A stretch of 64,000 nt of DNA. Origin: Polyangiaceae bacterium (lineage in GTDB: Bacteria; Myxococcota_A; Polyangia; Polyangiales; Polyangiaceae). The stretch is taken from assembly GCA_044376115.1 (NCBI GenBank), contig JBILLK010000002.1, forward strand, positions 384,001-448,000. The letters are read 5' to 3'. Under the pieces are notes generated by a model that was not told the origin of the DNA, did no database searches, and worked only from the letters and a program-made list of their open reading frames with translations. The translations under genes and the position numbers were made by a program. Positions 37,982 to 47,407 of the stretch are shown piece by piece (position 1 is the first letter of the stretch; each line of letters begins with the position of its first letter).

Positions 37982-39292
37982 CTAAGCCTTCTTCTTTTTC
38001 GGAGCGACCGGCGGCTGAACCACGATCGACAACAGCTCTCCACCGTTGGTCATGACGAAGGCGTGCCGACCATACGCTGCTGGCGTCATCGCGATTTCAC
38101 TGCCGGGCTCGATACCGTCAATAACGCCGCCTCGGGTTGGCTCGACCAAGAACACGCCATAACGCGTGGTTGAAACGAGCAACGCTCCAGCTACCGGCAC
38201 AGGCGCGCTGATACCGCCCTCCGGCAGCTTCCGACGCCATAGAGCTTCACCCGTATCCGGGTCGAGCCCCCAAAGACCCGTACGGCCGGACGACGCGATA
38301 AGTATGCGCCGTTGAGGTGCGTCCGGACCGACCTGGCCGTTGGCTTTCGGGCGTGCGGGGTGCGCTGGTTGATCCCAGAGCAGCAGATTGGTCACGCCGA
38401 CGGCATCGGCGTTCTTCCAGAGGATGCGCCCACCTTCAACGTCGAGCGCGTAAACGCCACCCTCGTAGTGGCCCACAGCGACGGCCTGCGCTCCCTTCAC
38501 CGAAAGCACGACTGGCGTCGTATCGGCGTCGAGGTACTGCGGCGGCTGGCCATCGGCGGCTTGTGCGTCTGCAGAAAGGTCCACCGTGGGCCAAACCTCA
38601 GCGCCGTCCGACGTGGCGTAGGCCATGACAGCGCCGTCACTGAAGGCGGTGATCACCTTCTTGTTGGCAACGACCGGGCCGGCCATGGCACCGATCTCGA
38701 TGCCGAACGCTGGTTGACGCTTTTGGTAGTACTTGAGCTTGCCGGTGGTCTTGTTGATGGCGAGCAACGTGTCATTGGCGTTGACCATGAACAGCACGTC
38801 GCCGTCGAGTACTGGCCTTCTTGCGACCTCACCGTTCGACGAGAAGCGGAAGATCAGCTGCCCGTCGCTCGCGCGCACCTTGTAAAGCGCACCGTCGGTG
38901 GAACCGAAGTAGACGACGCCTTCACTCGCGTCGAAGAGCGGCTCACACTGCACCGGGCCCATCGTGCCGAAGCGCCAGAGGACGTCACCGCTGCGCGCAT
39001 CCACGGCGTACAAACCACCGTCTTGCGAAGGAACGAATACGCGCAGGTTCTGCGGATCAATCGCAGGGCGCCCGCGCTCGTAGGGCTGGTCCTCAATGGC
39101 GTTCTTGTCGGTGAGTTGGCGGCGAAACGCGATCGAGAGCACGCCGCCCGGCCGATGGACCCACACTGGAACCTCGGGCAGCGCGAGGCCCTGAAGCGAC
39201 TCACACCCGGCGAGCAGCGGCGCGCCAAGCGCCACTACGCCCGAGTGGACACCAAGTTTCAACCAGCTGCGACGAGAAAGCGCCAACGTCAC
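37982..39292 (-). CDS. bamB: BamB-like PQQ-type beta-propeller lipoprotein
   Basis: Repeated DG.LYA.D..SG...W blades; lipobox LAGC; directly downstream of a yfgM-like gene. Confidence 0.7.
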   Translation of the reverse strand: MTLALSRRSWLKLGVHSGVVALGAPLLAGCESLQGLALPEVPVWVHRPGGVLSIAFRRQLTDKNAIEDQPYERGRPAIDPQNLRVFVPSQDGGLYAVDARSGDVLWRFGTMGPVQCEPLFDASEGVVYFGSTDGALYKVRASDGQLIFRFSSNGEVARRPVLDGDVLFMVNANDTLLAINKTTGKLKYYQKRQPAFGIEIGAMAGPVVANKKVITAFSDGAVMAYATSDGAEVWPTVDLSADAQAADGQPPQYLDADTTPVVLSVKGAQAVAVGHYEGGVYALDVEGGRILWKNADAVGVTNLLLWDQPAHPARPKANGQVGPDAPQRRILIASSGRTGLWGLDPDTGEALWRRKLPEGGISAPVPVAGALLVSTTRYGVFLVEPTRGGVIDGIEPGSEIAMTPAAYGRHAFVMTNGGELLSIVVQPPVAPKKKKA

Positions 39293-40698
39293 TCGTCTCC
39301 GTGCTCGTCCGGCTGCTTCATCTGCTGCTCCAAGATCTTGCGGATCTCTTCGTCGCTAGGGCGACCATCGATGCCGCCAAAGGGCGACTTCTTCTGCGCC
39401 GATGAAGGATCAATCGCCCGCAGGGCCTCGTTAGCGATGGTCCGAAGGTGTTGCTGCTTCAGACCGTCTTTGGTCGGGATTTGCAGCTTCTTCTCGAGCG
39501 CGACCAAAAGCTCTTTGGCCTTCTCGTTGTCGCCTTTGGCGGCGTGAATGCGAGCCTGGTGGTACTTGGCGAAGTCTGCGAACGACTTATCGACGTTCTC
39601 GAACTCGACGAACTGCGCCAGCGCAGCATCCCACTCTTTTTTGCCCTCGAGCGCGAAGCCCTTGCCCTCGGTCGCACGGGCCCGCACGTCGAGATCCGCT
39701 TTGGCGAGCGGGCTCTTGAGCACAGCCTCATACTTCGCGATGGCGTCGTCCCACTGGCCCTGCTGAAGATGCCCGCCGGCCTGACCGAGGACACCGAGCG
39801 TTCCGAGCCCGGACTCCTTCTGTTGCTCCGCGATCTTCGTGTAGCCAGCCATCAACGTCTCGTTGCGGGCGGCCTGGCTGGTGAAGACGGGCCGCGGATC
39901 GCGGGCCTTTTCCTCTTCACGGCGCGTATCTTTCGTCTCGCCCTCGAATACGAGCGCCGTCTCTGCATTGACCGATTTCAGCAGCTCATCGGAGGCTGCG
40001 CCCGACTCAGCGGCTTTGCGATTGCTGTAGATGATGAAGGCGGCTGCAGCGCCGGCCGTGATCAACAAGCCAGCAACGATCTTGCGGAAATGACGGGTGA
40101 ACCAGCGCCCGGTCCCTGCCGCAGCGCGGGCCAACTGATCGGATACGACCTCCCCCGCCGTGAGCCCGATGTCCGCCTTCTTTTCGAGCGACTCGCGCCG
40201 TCGGCGCAGCAGCTCCTTGGCGCGGGCGTTCTTGTCCTTGGGCAGCGGAGCCTTCGCGCGAGCGGCTTGCTTCGGCTTGGGCTCGTCCTCGTCTTCCGAC
40301 TCTTCGCCCTCAGCACTGGCCTCGCCCTCAGCGTCGCCTTCGTCGTCCGCAGCGGCGGCCTTGGCTTCGCTCGGCTCCTCTTCGGTCTCCGCCGGGATGC
40401 CGCGTCGCGCATTGCGCCGTGCGAGCGCCTGTTGCTTGCGGCGGGCAGCCCGGTTTGCGGGAGCGGCAGCGGCAGACTCTTCAGCCTCGGCTTCATCGCC
40501 CGACTCTTCGTCCTCGTCGCCTGACTCTTCGTCGTCGTCGACGCCGAGCGCGCGCGCTACGCCCTCAGTCGATTCGTGCCGGCGCGTCTTGGCGTCTGCG
40601 GAGCCGGACGCTTTCGAGCCTGCACTCTCCGGTGCATCCTCATCATCGTCACGGTCGTCGTCGACTTCACTCTTCTTCTTGCCTTTATCCGCAGCCAC
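39289..40698 (-). CDS. YfgM-like TPR membrane protein with long acidic N-terminal extension
   Basis: Asp/Glu-rich N-terminus, single TM, TPR-like helices; yfgM-bamB gene order. Confidence 0.7.
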   Translation of the reverse strand: MAADKGKKKSEVDDDRDDDEDAPESAGSKASGSADAKTRRHESTEGVARALGVDDDEESGDEDEESGDEAEAEESAAAAPANRAARRKQQALARRNARRGIPAETEEEPSEAKAAAADDEGDAEGEASAEGEESEDEDEPKPKQAARAKAPLPKDKNARAKELLRRRRESLEKKADIGLTAGEVVSDQLARAAAGTGRWFTRHFRKIVAGLLITAGAAAAFIIYSNRKAAESGAASDELLKSVNAETALVFEGETKDTRREEEKARDPRPVFTSQAARNETLMAGYTKIAEQQKESGLGTLGVLGQAGGHLQQGQWDDAIAKYEAVLKSPLAKADLDVRARATEGKGFALEGKKEWDAALAQFVEFENVDKSFADFAKYHQARIHAAKGDNEKAKELLVALEKKLQIPTKDGLKQQHLRTIANEALRAIDPSSAQKKSPFGGIDGRPSDEEIRKILEQQMKQPDEHGDE

Positions 40699-40765
40699 GG
40701 CCGGGACTCTAGTACACGGTTCGCTCGGCGCGCTACCGTTGTCGGAGGGTTTGTTCAGCGGCGGG

Positions 40766-43570
40766 TCAATTCGTCGTTTCGAGCACAGGGACCAGGGCGC
40801 AGGCTTGGACCTTCACTCCTTGCGTCGCGTAGACCACGAAGGACACCTGCTCCCCCGGCTCAGCCCCCAGCTCTTGGGGCAACTCGGCAAAAACCTGCGT
40901 TGTGCCCTCCCCGCTCGGAATTACCATGGTGACGCTTCTGCTTTCGTCGAGCTGCGGCCTCGTCGACGGGATGGCGGACTTTTTTTCCGATTGCAGCGGC
41001 TGGTCTTCACGCTTGCCAAGCCGCAATTCCCCTCCCTCCTCCGCCCCAACGCGGCATACCACCCGGACACGGCCATTCGTTCTTGTGCCTTTGGGCGCCT
41101 CCGGCACCACAAAATCGACAAGCACGCCGCTCGTGGCAAACCGTTGTAGCCGCTTGCTCTCCGCGTCACGGGTAGGCCCGCCGACGAAGCGCAACACGCC
41201 CGCCTTGGTCGCGTAGGAAAGCGCCTCGGGTGCCGGCTGCGCTCGACCGAGCAGCTCGATGATAGGCGCAGCCATTTCGGGGCCACCCCCGAGCTTCAGC
41301 AAGGATTCGGCGATCGCCTCCACCGCCTCCCCCTGAGCCGAACGGAGAGCATTGGCCAGCGCCGGTCGTGCAGCGTCCTCTCCCGTCGCCGCCAGTGCAC
41401 GAGCCACGTCGATGGTTAGCCGAGGATCACGCAGTGCCACGATCAGTTCACCGACCACCTCTTGCCGACCCAAACCGCCAAGGGCGGCCGCCACTTCCCT
41501 CGCCCGCTCGACGCTCATGACCTCCTTATCGAGGAAGCGCTTCCCACCAAGCTTTTTTGGAAATGCCGCGCGCCATAACCCAAGCAGGACGTCCGCTCCA
41601 CGGTTATCGCCGCTCTCCGCGAGCGCCAGAGCAGCCAACCGTGCGTTGTCGCTGTTGGGCTCGCTCAGGAGCTCGATTGCGAGCGGTGCACCGTCACCCA
41701 AACGCACCAGCGCGAGGGACAGCGCAGCCCGCACGTCTGCGTCGCTCTCAGACTCCATCGCCGCTCGCAAGTCCTTGAGTGCGGCCTTGTCACGCAGGTC
41801 ATAGAGTTCGCGTGCAGCAGCTTTTCGTGTCCCAGCATCGGAGCTTGCGAGGCTCGAGCAAACCTCCTCGAGGGCTCCGGGGATGCCCAGCCGAGCTCGC
41901 AACGCGGATTCATGCAGGGCCGAGTTGCCCTCCCCCTTCGCCGAGGCCAAGACCTTGGCGCGCTTCGTCGCCATCGCGGCGAGCAGGCGTGTTCGGTCGG
42001 CCGTGCGCAGTCTGCCAACGTCTTGCTTTTGCGCAGGGTCGGCGTCGAGGTCGAACAGGCTGCAGTTGACGTTGCGCGAACAAACGAGCCGCAGCGAGCC
42101 CTCGCCATACACCGACATCGACGTGCTCTTCGACAAAAAGCTTGGTTCGGAGACGCTCTCGTTCGCGAGCAAATCGAGCAATACCCGACCTTGCCGTTCT
42201 TCGAGCAGCGGTGGGCCAAGCAGCATGAGAAGCGTGGGCGCGAGGTCGACGAGCGATACCAACTCGGTTGGCCGCTTGGCCTGCAATGCGGCCGGCCCCT
42301 GCTCCCCCGTGTGCAAGATGAGCGGAACGCGCACGAGCTCCTCGTAGACGGTGCTCTCGCCGTAGACCCGCCGGCGATCCCCGAAGCCAGTGCCCGAAGT
42401 CGCCGCAAACACCAGCACGGTTTGGGGCGATCGTGCGCGCGCAGCGGCTAGCAACGCGCCCACCCGACGATCCACCTCGGAGGCCCACGCTGCCTGGCGT
42501 TGTGGGGCCGAACCGACAACGCCGTTGGGAGGTGAAACGTCGGGCGCACGGAAGTGGACCCAGGTGAACTCGCCCGGGGTTCGCTCGGTGTGCGAGCTGG
42601 GAGGCTGGGGCTCGCCGTCCCGTGCGACCCAACGCAAGAGGTCGGCCTCGTTGAGCGCCTTCGGGGACTCGGCGAACATACGCTCCGCGACGGCCAAGCC
42701 CGCGCTGGGCATCGCTGGGCTGCTGATGAAGCGCGAACGTCGACGGCCAACCCGGAACGCATCGCCGATCGTTGGTAGGTCGTGCATCCTTTCAGCTTCG
42801 ATCCACTCTCCAACGTGCACGCTCGTCGCTAGCGAAAGCAGCGCCTGAAGCTCGTCGGTCGATGCCGTGTACGCATACTGGAAGTCCACCCCCGTCTTCG
42901 CTAGCTGGTCGAGCACTGGGGTTTGTGCGCTTGGGTTGCCGTGTACTCCGAGCGAATCCCAGCGCACTTGATCGGCCGTCACGAGTAGGACGCTCCAATC
43001 CGAGGAAAGCCTCAGTTGCGGCGGATCGCTGGGCTCGACCGGCGGTGGTGTTGGAGGTGGCTGTGGATCGACGAGCTCAACGACGCGCGCCCCGAGCAGC
43101 GCCAGCGAAGCACGCGGCTCTCTCACGTTCGACCCGGCGACGCTCCACGCCGCTAACCCGAAGCTGCTCAAACCGAACAGTGCACCGGCCAGTCGCACCC
43201 GACCCATCCACGACGGTTTTGTGCGCGCAAAAGCGCGAAGTGCGGCCTCGAGAGCGACGGCGGAGAGGACAGCCCCGAGCGCAGCCGCGGCTTCGCCGTG
43301 AAGCCTTTGGGGGACCAACATCAGGCCGACGGCGAGAGCGAGCGTCGCTCCAGCAACCCCTTGGTCGAGGCGCAGGGACCCGGGCCAGACCGCTAATAGA
43401 AGGCGCCCTGCAAGCACCCCCAAGAAACCGAACCCCGGCGCAACGATCGCCATCAGCGCCAATTCGAAGGCGCTGCCGTGAACGCCTAGCCAGCCGATCG
43501 CGCCGACAAACAAAACCGCCGCTGCACCTTCACCGGGCAGCGGCAGATTGTTGCGGAACGCGCGGCTCAA
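40766..43570 (-). CDS. Membrane protein with degenerate sulfatase-like domain and HEAT repeats
   Basis: N-terminal TMs, ADQVRWD, TPVLDQLA, YEELVRVPL, LVDLAPT, LFDLDADP, HEAT-like repeats; ATGA-coupled to greA. Confidence 0.75.
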   Translation of the reverse strand: MSRAFRNNLPLPGEGAAAVLFVGAIGWLGVHGSAFELALMAIVAPGFGFLGVLAGRLLLAVWPGSLRLDQGVAGATLALAVGLMLVPQRLHGEAAAALGAVLSAVALEAALRAFARTKPSWMGRVRLAGALFGLSSFGLAAWSVAGSNVREPRASLALLGARVVELVDPQPPPTPPPVEPSDPPQLRLSSDWSVLLVTADQVRWDSLGVHGNPSAQTPVLDQLAKTGVDFQYAYTASTDELQALLSLATSVHVGEWIEAERMHDLPTIGDAFRVGRRRSRFISSPAMPSAGLAVAERMFAESPKALNEADLLRWVARDGEPQPPSSHTERTPGEFTWVHFRAPDVSPPNGVVGSAPQRQAAWASEVDRRVGALLAAARARSPQTVLVFAATSGTGFGDRRRVYGESTVYEELVRVPLILHTGEQGPAALQAKRPTELVSLVDLAPTLLMLLGPPLLEERQGRVLLDLLANESVSEPSFLSKSTSMSVYGEGSLRLVCSRNVNCSLFDLDADPAQKQDVGRLRTADRTRLLAAMATKRAKVLASAKGEGNSALHESALRARLGIPGALEEVCSSLASSDAGTRKAAARELYDLRDKAALKDLRAAMESESDADVRAALSLALVRLGDGAPLAIELLSEPNSDNARLAALALAESGDNRGADVLLGLWRAAFPKKLGGKRFLDKEVMSVERAREVAAALGGLGRQEVVGELIVALRDPRLTIDVARALAATGEDAARPALANALRSAQGEAVEAIAESLLKLGGGPEMAAPIIELLGRAQPAPEALSYATKAGVLRFVGGPTRDAESKRLQRFATSGVLVDFVVPEAPKGTRTNGRVRVVCRVGAEEGGELRLGKREDQPLQSEKKSAIPSTRPQLDESRSVTMVIPSGEGTTQVFAELPQELGAEPGEQVSFVVYATQGVKVQACALVPVLETTN

Positions 43571-44043
43571 ACGAAGCGGATGTCGAGGATCTCGTAGTTG
43601 CGCGAGCCGACCGGCAACTTGACCGTTACCTCGTCCCCTACGACGTGGCCCAAAAGCGCCTTCGCCAGCGGCGAAGCGACCGAAATCCTGCCCTCGTCGA
43701 GGTTCGACTCATCGGGGCCCACGATTTGGTACTTGATCTCGTCGCCGGTATCGACGTTCGACAAGACCAACTGCGCACCGAACTGAACCTTCGAACTCTT
43801 GATCTTCGAAGGGTCAATCACCTCGGCACGGTTGAGGCTCCCCTCGATGTGCGAGATGCGAGCGACAATCATCCCCTGCCGCTCGCGCGCTGCGTGATAC
43901 TCGGCGTTCTCTTTGAGATCCCCGTGTTCACGCGCAGTGGCGATGTCTTTGATCACCTGGGGCAGCTCGATTTCGCGGAGCTTTTTGAGCTCTTCGCGGA
44001 GGCGAGCTTGCCCCTCCTTGGTCATGGGAACCTTTTCAGACAT
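43567..44043 (-). CDS. greA: Transcription elongation factor GreA
   Basis: AREHGDLKENAEYHAARE, VQFGA, YQIVG, ISVASPLAKAL. Confidence 0.97.
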   Translation of the reverse strand: MSEKVPMTKEGQARLREELKKLREIELPQVIKDIATAREHGDLKENAEYHAARERQGMIVARISHIEGSLNRAEVIDPSKIKSSKVQFGAQLVLSNVDTGDEIKYQIVGPDESNLDEGRISVASPLAKALLGHVVGDEVTVKLPVGSRNYEILDIRFV

Positions 44044-44108
44044 GGCTTCTCTGGCTTAGTTCACAACGAGCGCCATGGGAATTGGTTTCACGTTGGGCGG
44101 TTGGCCGA

Positions 44109-44537
44109 TCAGTCGACAGCGACGTTGGTCTTGAGCACATCCCGGCCCGAAGGCTTGGTTACGTCTGCGCTCGGCTCGGGAGTAATCGTCACCTCAAAAG
44201 CCTTGAAGGTGGTGTTGAAGGAGTGCTCACCGGAGTAGTCGGAGTCCACCTTGATGGCGCCCATGTTCTGGATATTGGCGTCCTCTTTGCCCTTCGGCAT
44301 CACCCAAACCACGTAAACCGTGGCTGAGGAGTTGAGCTTTGCCGGGTCACCGAGATGGTCCACCTTGACCACGTACGAGCCATTTCCATCCTCGGAGACC
44401 GAGTTCACCGAAACCTCACCCTTTGCAAACACCGCCTCACGATCCGGAACCATCGCGAAAGTGGCTCCTCCACAAGCAGGCAGCGCAAACAAAGCGAGAG
44501 CAAAGAAGCAGCGTCCGAGCGACTTGAAGTTGACCAT
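44109..44537 (-). CDS. Hypothetical lipoprotein (beta-rich)
   Basis: Lipobox LPAC; YVVW..P and ITPEP pattern. Confidence 0.75.
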   Translation of the reverse strand: MVNFKSLGRCFFALALFALPACGGATFAMVPDREAVFAKGEVSVNSVSEDGNGSYVVKVDHLGDPAKLNSSATVYVVWVMPKGKEDANIQNMGAIKVDSDYSGEHSFNTTFKAFEVTITPEPSADVTKPSGRDVLKTNVAVD

Positions 44538-44646
44538 GCGCGCACTTTAGTCGGTAGCGAGTCGACGTAAAGTATTGCGACCTGCAGGCCTCACCCACCC
44601 CTCGGCCGCGTAGTTTTTTCGACGATGCTGAACTTTCGGGCTAAGC

Positions 44647-46044
44647 ATGCGCGCGATGAGCACGCTTCTCAGCCGCAAAGCTACGTTTACAAGCCTCTTG
44701 GCCCTGCTGACCTTCGGTTGTGGAGCCGAGCCCGGCCCGGCGCCTTCTTCCGGCCCATCCTCCAGCGCACCGGTGGCTTCGGTACCGGCGCCCGCCGCCA
44801 CCTTGGTCCCGGGCGCTGGCTCGGCGGTTCCGACCGCTTCGACAACGGCGACCGCAGCAGCTCCGTCGACCGAAAAGCTCAACGTGCTCGTGCTGAGCAT
44901 CGACGCTTTGCGCGCCGACCACACCGCGATGGGCGGGCACAACCCGGAGGTCATGCCGAACCTCAACGCCTTCGCGAAGCAAGCGGTCGCCTACTCGAAC
45001 TTCCGTTCGCTCAGCTCGTTCACTTCGCAAACCATCGGCGGCTACCTCGGCTGCCGCTACCCCAGCGAGCTCAAGCGAAGCGGTAGCTTCTTCGGCGCGT
45101 ACCCTGACGACGAGCTGCTCTTTCCCGAACTCCTGCAGCAGGCGAAGGTCCGAACGATGAGCGGCCACGCCCATTTCTACTTCGGCAAGGCGGGCTTCCA
45201 GCAAGGCTTTGACGCCTACGAAATGGTGCCGGGTATCAAGAAGAACAACACCACGGACGAGAGCATCACCAGCCCCGCCCATACCGAGCTCATCCTGCGC
45301 CAGCTCTCGGATCCGGCGACCGCCAAGCAACCCTTCTTCGCCTGGTATCACTTGATGGACGCTCACGACGTCTACAAGGAGCACAAGGAGGGCAAGAGCT
45401 TCGGCAAAGGTCAGAAGGACTTGTACGACGGCGAACTCTACTTCGTAGACCAACATCTCAAGAAGATCCTCGACTTCGTCGATGCCGCGCCGTGGGGCAA
45501 AAACACGATGGTGGTGTTGACCGCAGATCACGGCGAAGCCTTTGGCGAACACAAGATGACGCGCCATGGCTTCGAACTTTGGCAGGTGCTCACGCACGTG
45601 CCGCTGCTCGTGCGCGCGCCGGGCATCAAGCCGCGGCAAGTGGACAAGCTGCGCAGCATGATCGACCTGTGTCCGACCATCTTGGATACCTTCGGCGTGA
45701 AGATGGATCCGTCCTTCCATGGTCAATCGCTGTGGCCCGAGCTCCGCGGCGAAGACCAACCGGATCGAGACGTGATCACCGATCTCGCTCGCTCGAGCGA
45801 CAACGACCGACGTCGGACCTTTCAGCGCGGCACGTTCAAATTGGTCGAGCTAGGCGACGGGGACGGCTACCAGCTCTTCGATCTGGCGAGCGATCCGAAG
45901 GAGGAAACGGATCTCGCTCGCAAGAACAAAGACAAGGTCAACGAGCTGCGCAGCGCAATGACCGAGGCGCTCAAGCCCGTTAAAGACATTTGTCCGAAGC
46001 GGACCGAGAACCTGAAAAACCGCAAGAAGGGCAAGCCCTGTTAG
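44647..46044 (+). CDS. Sulfatase/alkaline phosphatase superfamily lipoprotein
   Basis: Lipobox TFGC, IDALRADH, HLMDAH, TADHGE, HVPL, LFDLASDP. Confidence 0.85.
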   Translation: MRAMSTLLSRKATFTSLLALLTFGCGAEPGPAPSSGPSSSAPVASVPAPAATLVPGAGSAVPTASTTATAAAPSTEKLNVLVLSIDALRADHTAMGGHNPEVMPNLNAFAKQAVAYSNFRSLSSFTSQTIGGYLGCRYPSELKRSGSFFGAYPDDELLFPELLQQAKVRTMSGHAHFYFGKAGFQQGFDAYEMVPGIKKNNTTDESITSPAHTELILRQLSDPATAKQPFFAWYHLMDAHDVYKEHKEGKSFGKGQKDLYDGELYFVDQHLKKILDFVDAAPWGKNTMVVLTADHGEAFGEHKMTRHGFELWQVLTHVPLLVRAPGIKPRQVDKLRSMIDLCPTILDTFGVKMDPSFHGQSLWPELRGEDQPDRDVITDLARSSDNDRRRTFQRGTFKLVELGDGDGYQLFDLASDPKEETDLARKNKDKVNELRSAMTEALKPVKDICPKRTENLKNRKKGKPC

Positions 46045-47018
46045 AGAGCCGGTGCGACGGCGGGCTGGGGCTCGATCTCGAAGCGATCGAGCCCTCCGGC
46101 CTCTGCGGCAGGAATTGTACGCAGCGATAGTCCAGCGCAAGTGAACTCGCTGAGGACGTTCGGCGAGCTTGGGCGCGTGCAACTTGGCTCCACGCTGACC
46201 TTGGCACCAAAAGCGCCCTCACTGATCTCAACCGCTCGCGCGTGCGCGAGCGCCCGATCTTGCGAGCGTTGACCGTCGAGCGGCCGCGTTGCGAACGTCT
46301 CCTCGAGTCGCAGGAACAGCTCCTCCCCTTCCACCCTCGCGCGCAGCGGGCGACCACTGAGGTCCTCCTCGAGCACCACCGACATCACGAGCACTCGCTC
46401 GACGAGACCGCTCGCGGTTGGCACCTGATAGCCGAACTCGAGGTCTTTGCTGCATACCCGCGCGGTCTCGGAGGTTGTGCAACGAGGCGCAGGGAGGGCA
46501 AGCGAGTACGTTGTCACGAACTCGGCTGGCCCCTCTGAGACGGGCCCTTGATAGACCGCTGGGTCGAGCAGTAGGTCCACGTAGAACGCCACTTCCTGTC
46601 GTGCGATCTCCCGCTCGCCTTGGGCCGTTCGCAGGCGGGCCTCGGTGTTGCGCGCAGCCGTCGTCAGCGAATCGGGCCGCGCAGCAAGCTCCTCGATCGC
46701 TTGCAACCTTGAACGAACCTCCGGTGCATGAGGCCCTTGTGGCAGCGCGGCGAGGTAGCTCTCCAAGCCGGCCTGGCTGGTCTGACGCGACTTGTAGAAG
46801 AGCGGTTCTGCCGCGTTCAACGAGGCGCGCACTTCATCGGCGTAAACCCCCGTCGGATACTCCTCGAGGTAGAGGTTGGCGGCCCGCATGCGCTCGTCGA
46901 GCGTAGGTTGTGCCCGGGTTCTGCGATAGGCAGCGTACTCGTAGGGTGAGGCCGAAAGCCAACTGCAAGCACTGCAAAGCAGGGCTCCCACCACGATGGC
47001 GCTCTTCGCGCGGCTCAT
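46041..47018 (-). CDS. Hypothetical lipoprotein with YL..YP.G.(Y/H)A.EVR repeats
   Basis: Lipobox CSAC; two helical repeats; ATGA-coupled to the upstream gene. Confidence 0.7.
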   Translation of the reverse strand: MSRAKSAIVVGALLCSACSWLSASPYEYAAYRRTRAQPTLDERMRAANLYLEEYPTGVYADEVRASLNAAEPLFYKSRQTSQAGLESYLAALPQGPHAPEVRSRLQAIEELAARPDSLTTAARNTEARLRTAQGEREIARQEVAFYVDLLLDPAVYQGPVSEGPAEFVTTYSLALPAPRCTTSETARVCSKDLEFGYQVPTASGLVERVLVMSVVLEEDLSGRPLRARVEGEELFLRLEETFATRPLDGQRSQDRALAHARAVEISEGAFGAKVSVEPSCTRPSSPNVLSEFTCAGLSLRTIPAAEAGGLDRFEIEPQPAVAPAL

Positions 47019-47407
47019 GGCTCCTCCGGATTGGGTTGGCCCGCACCATCCAACGGGCAGAAGTTGCATTCGGTCGGCAACGTGGCGCCTTCCTCAGCGG
47101 TAAACTCTGCATACTGCTCGCAGCCTTCGGCTCGCAGCGCATCCAGACAGACCTCCCCATCGTGAACCAGCGGGTAACAATCCTCCGGAAAATCCAGGCC
47201 GACATCGCCAGCGCAGGCTTGTGAACACAGACTCGTCGTCAGCCCGCACACGCTACATTGCTCACAGTCCACCGCGGCCTTGGCGCGAAAGAACTTCTCT
47301 GAGTCGAGCAGCTCAGCCTCTTGCCCGCACGAACCAATGTTGCCGACCGATGGGGCCATGCAGAAGAGCAAGAGACCGATAGGCAACGTCGCCTTCGCTC
47401 GCTTCAT
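47015..47407 (-). CDS. Small Cys-rich secreted or lipoprotein
   Basis: Hydrophobic N-terminus, about 12 Cys in 130 aa; ATGA-coupled. Confidence 0.7.
   Translation of the reverse strand: MKRAKATLPIGLLLFCMAPSVGNIGSCGQEAELLDSEKFFRAKAAVDCEQCSVCGLTTSLCSQACAGDVGLDFPEDCYPLVHDGEVCLDALRAEGCEQYAEFTAEEGATLPTECNFCPLDGAGQPNPEEP

Noticed and set aside
42772..44238. 488-aa + strand ORF
   Set aside because: Antisense to greA and its neighbours, Arg/Pro-rich, with no recognisable motif.
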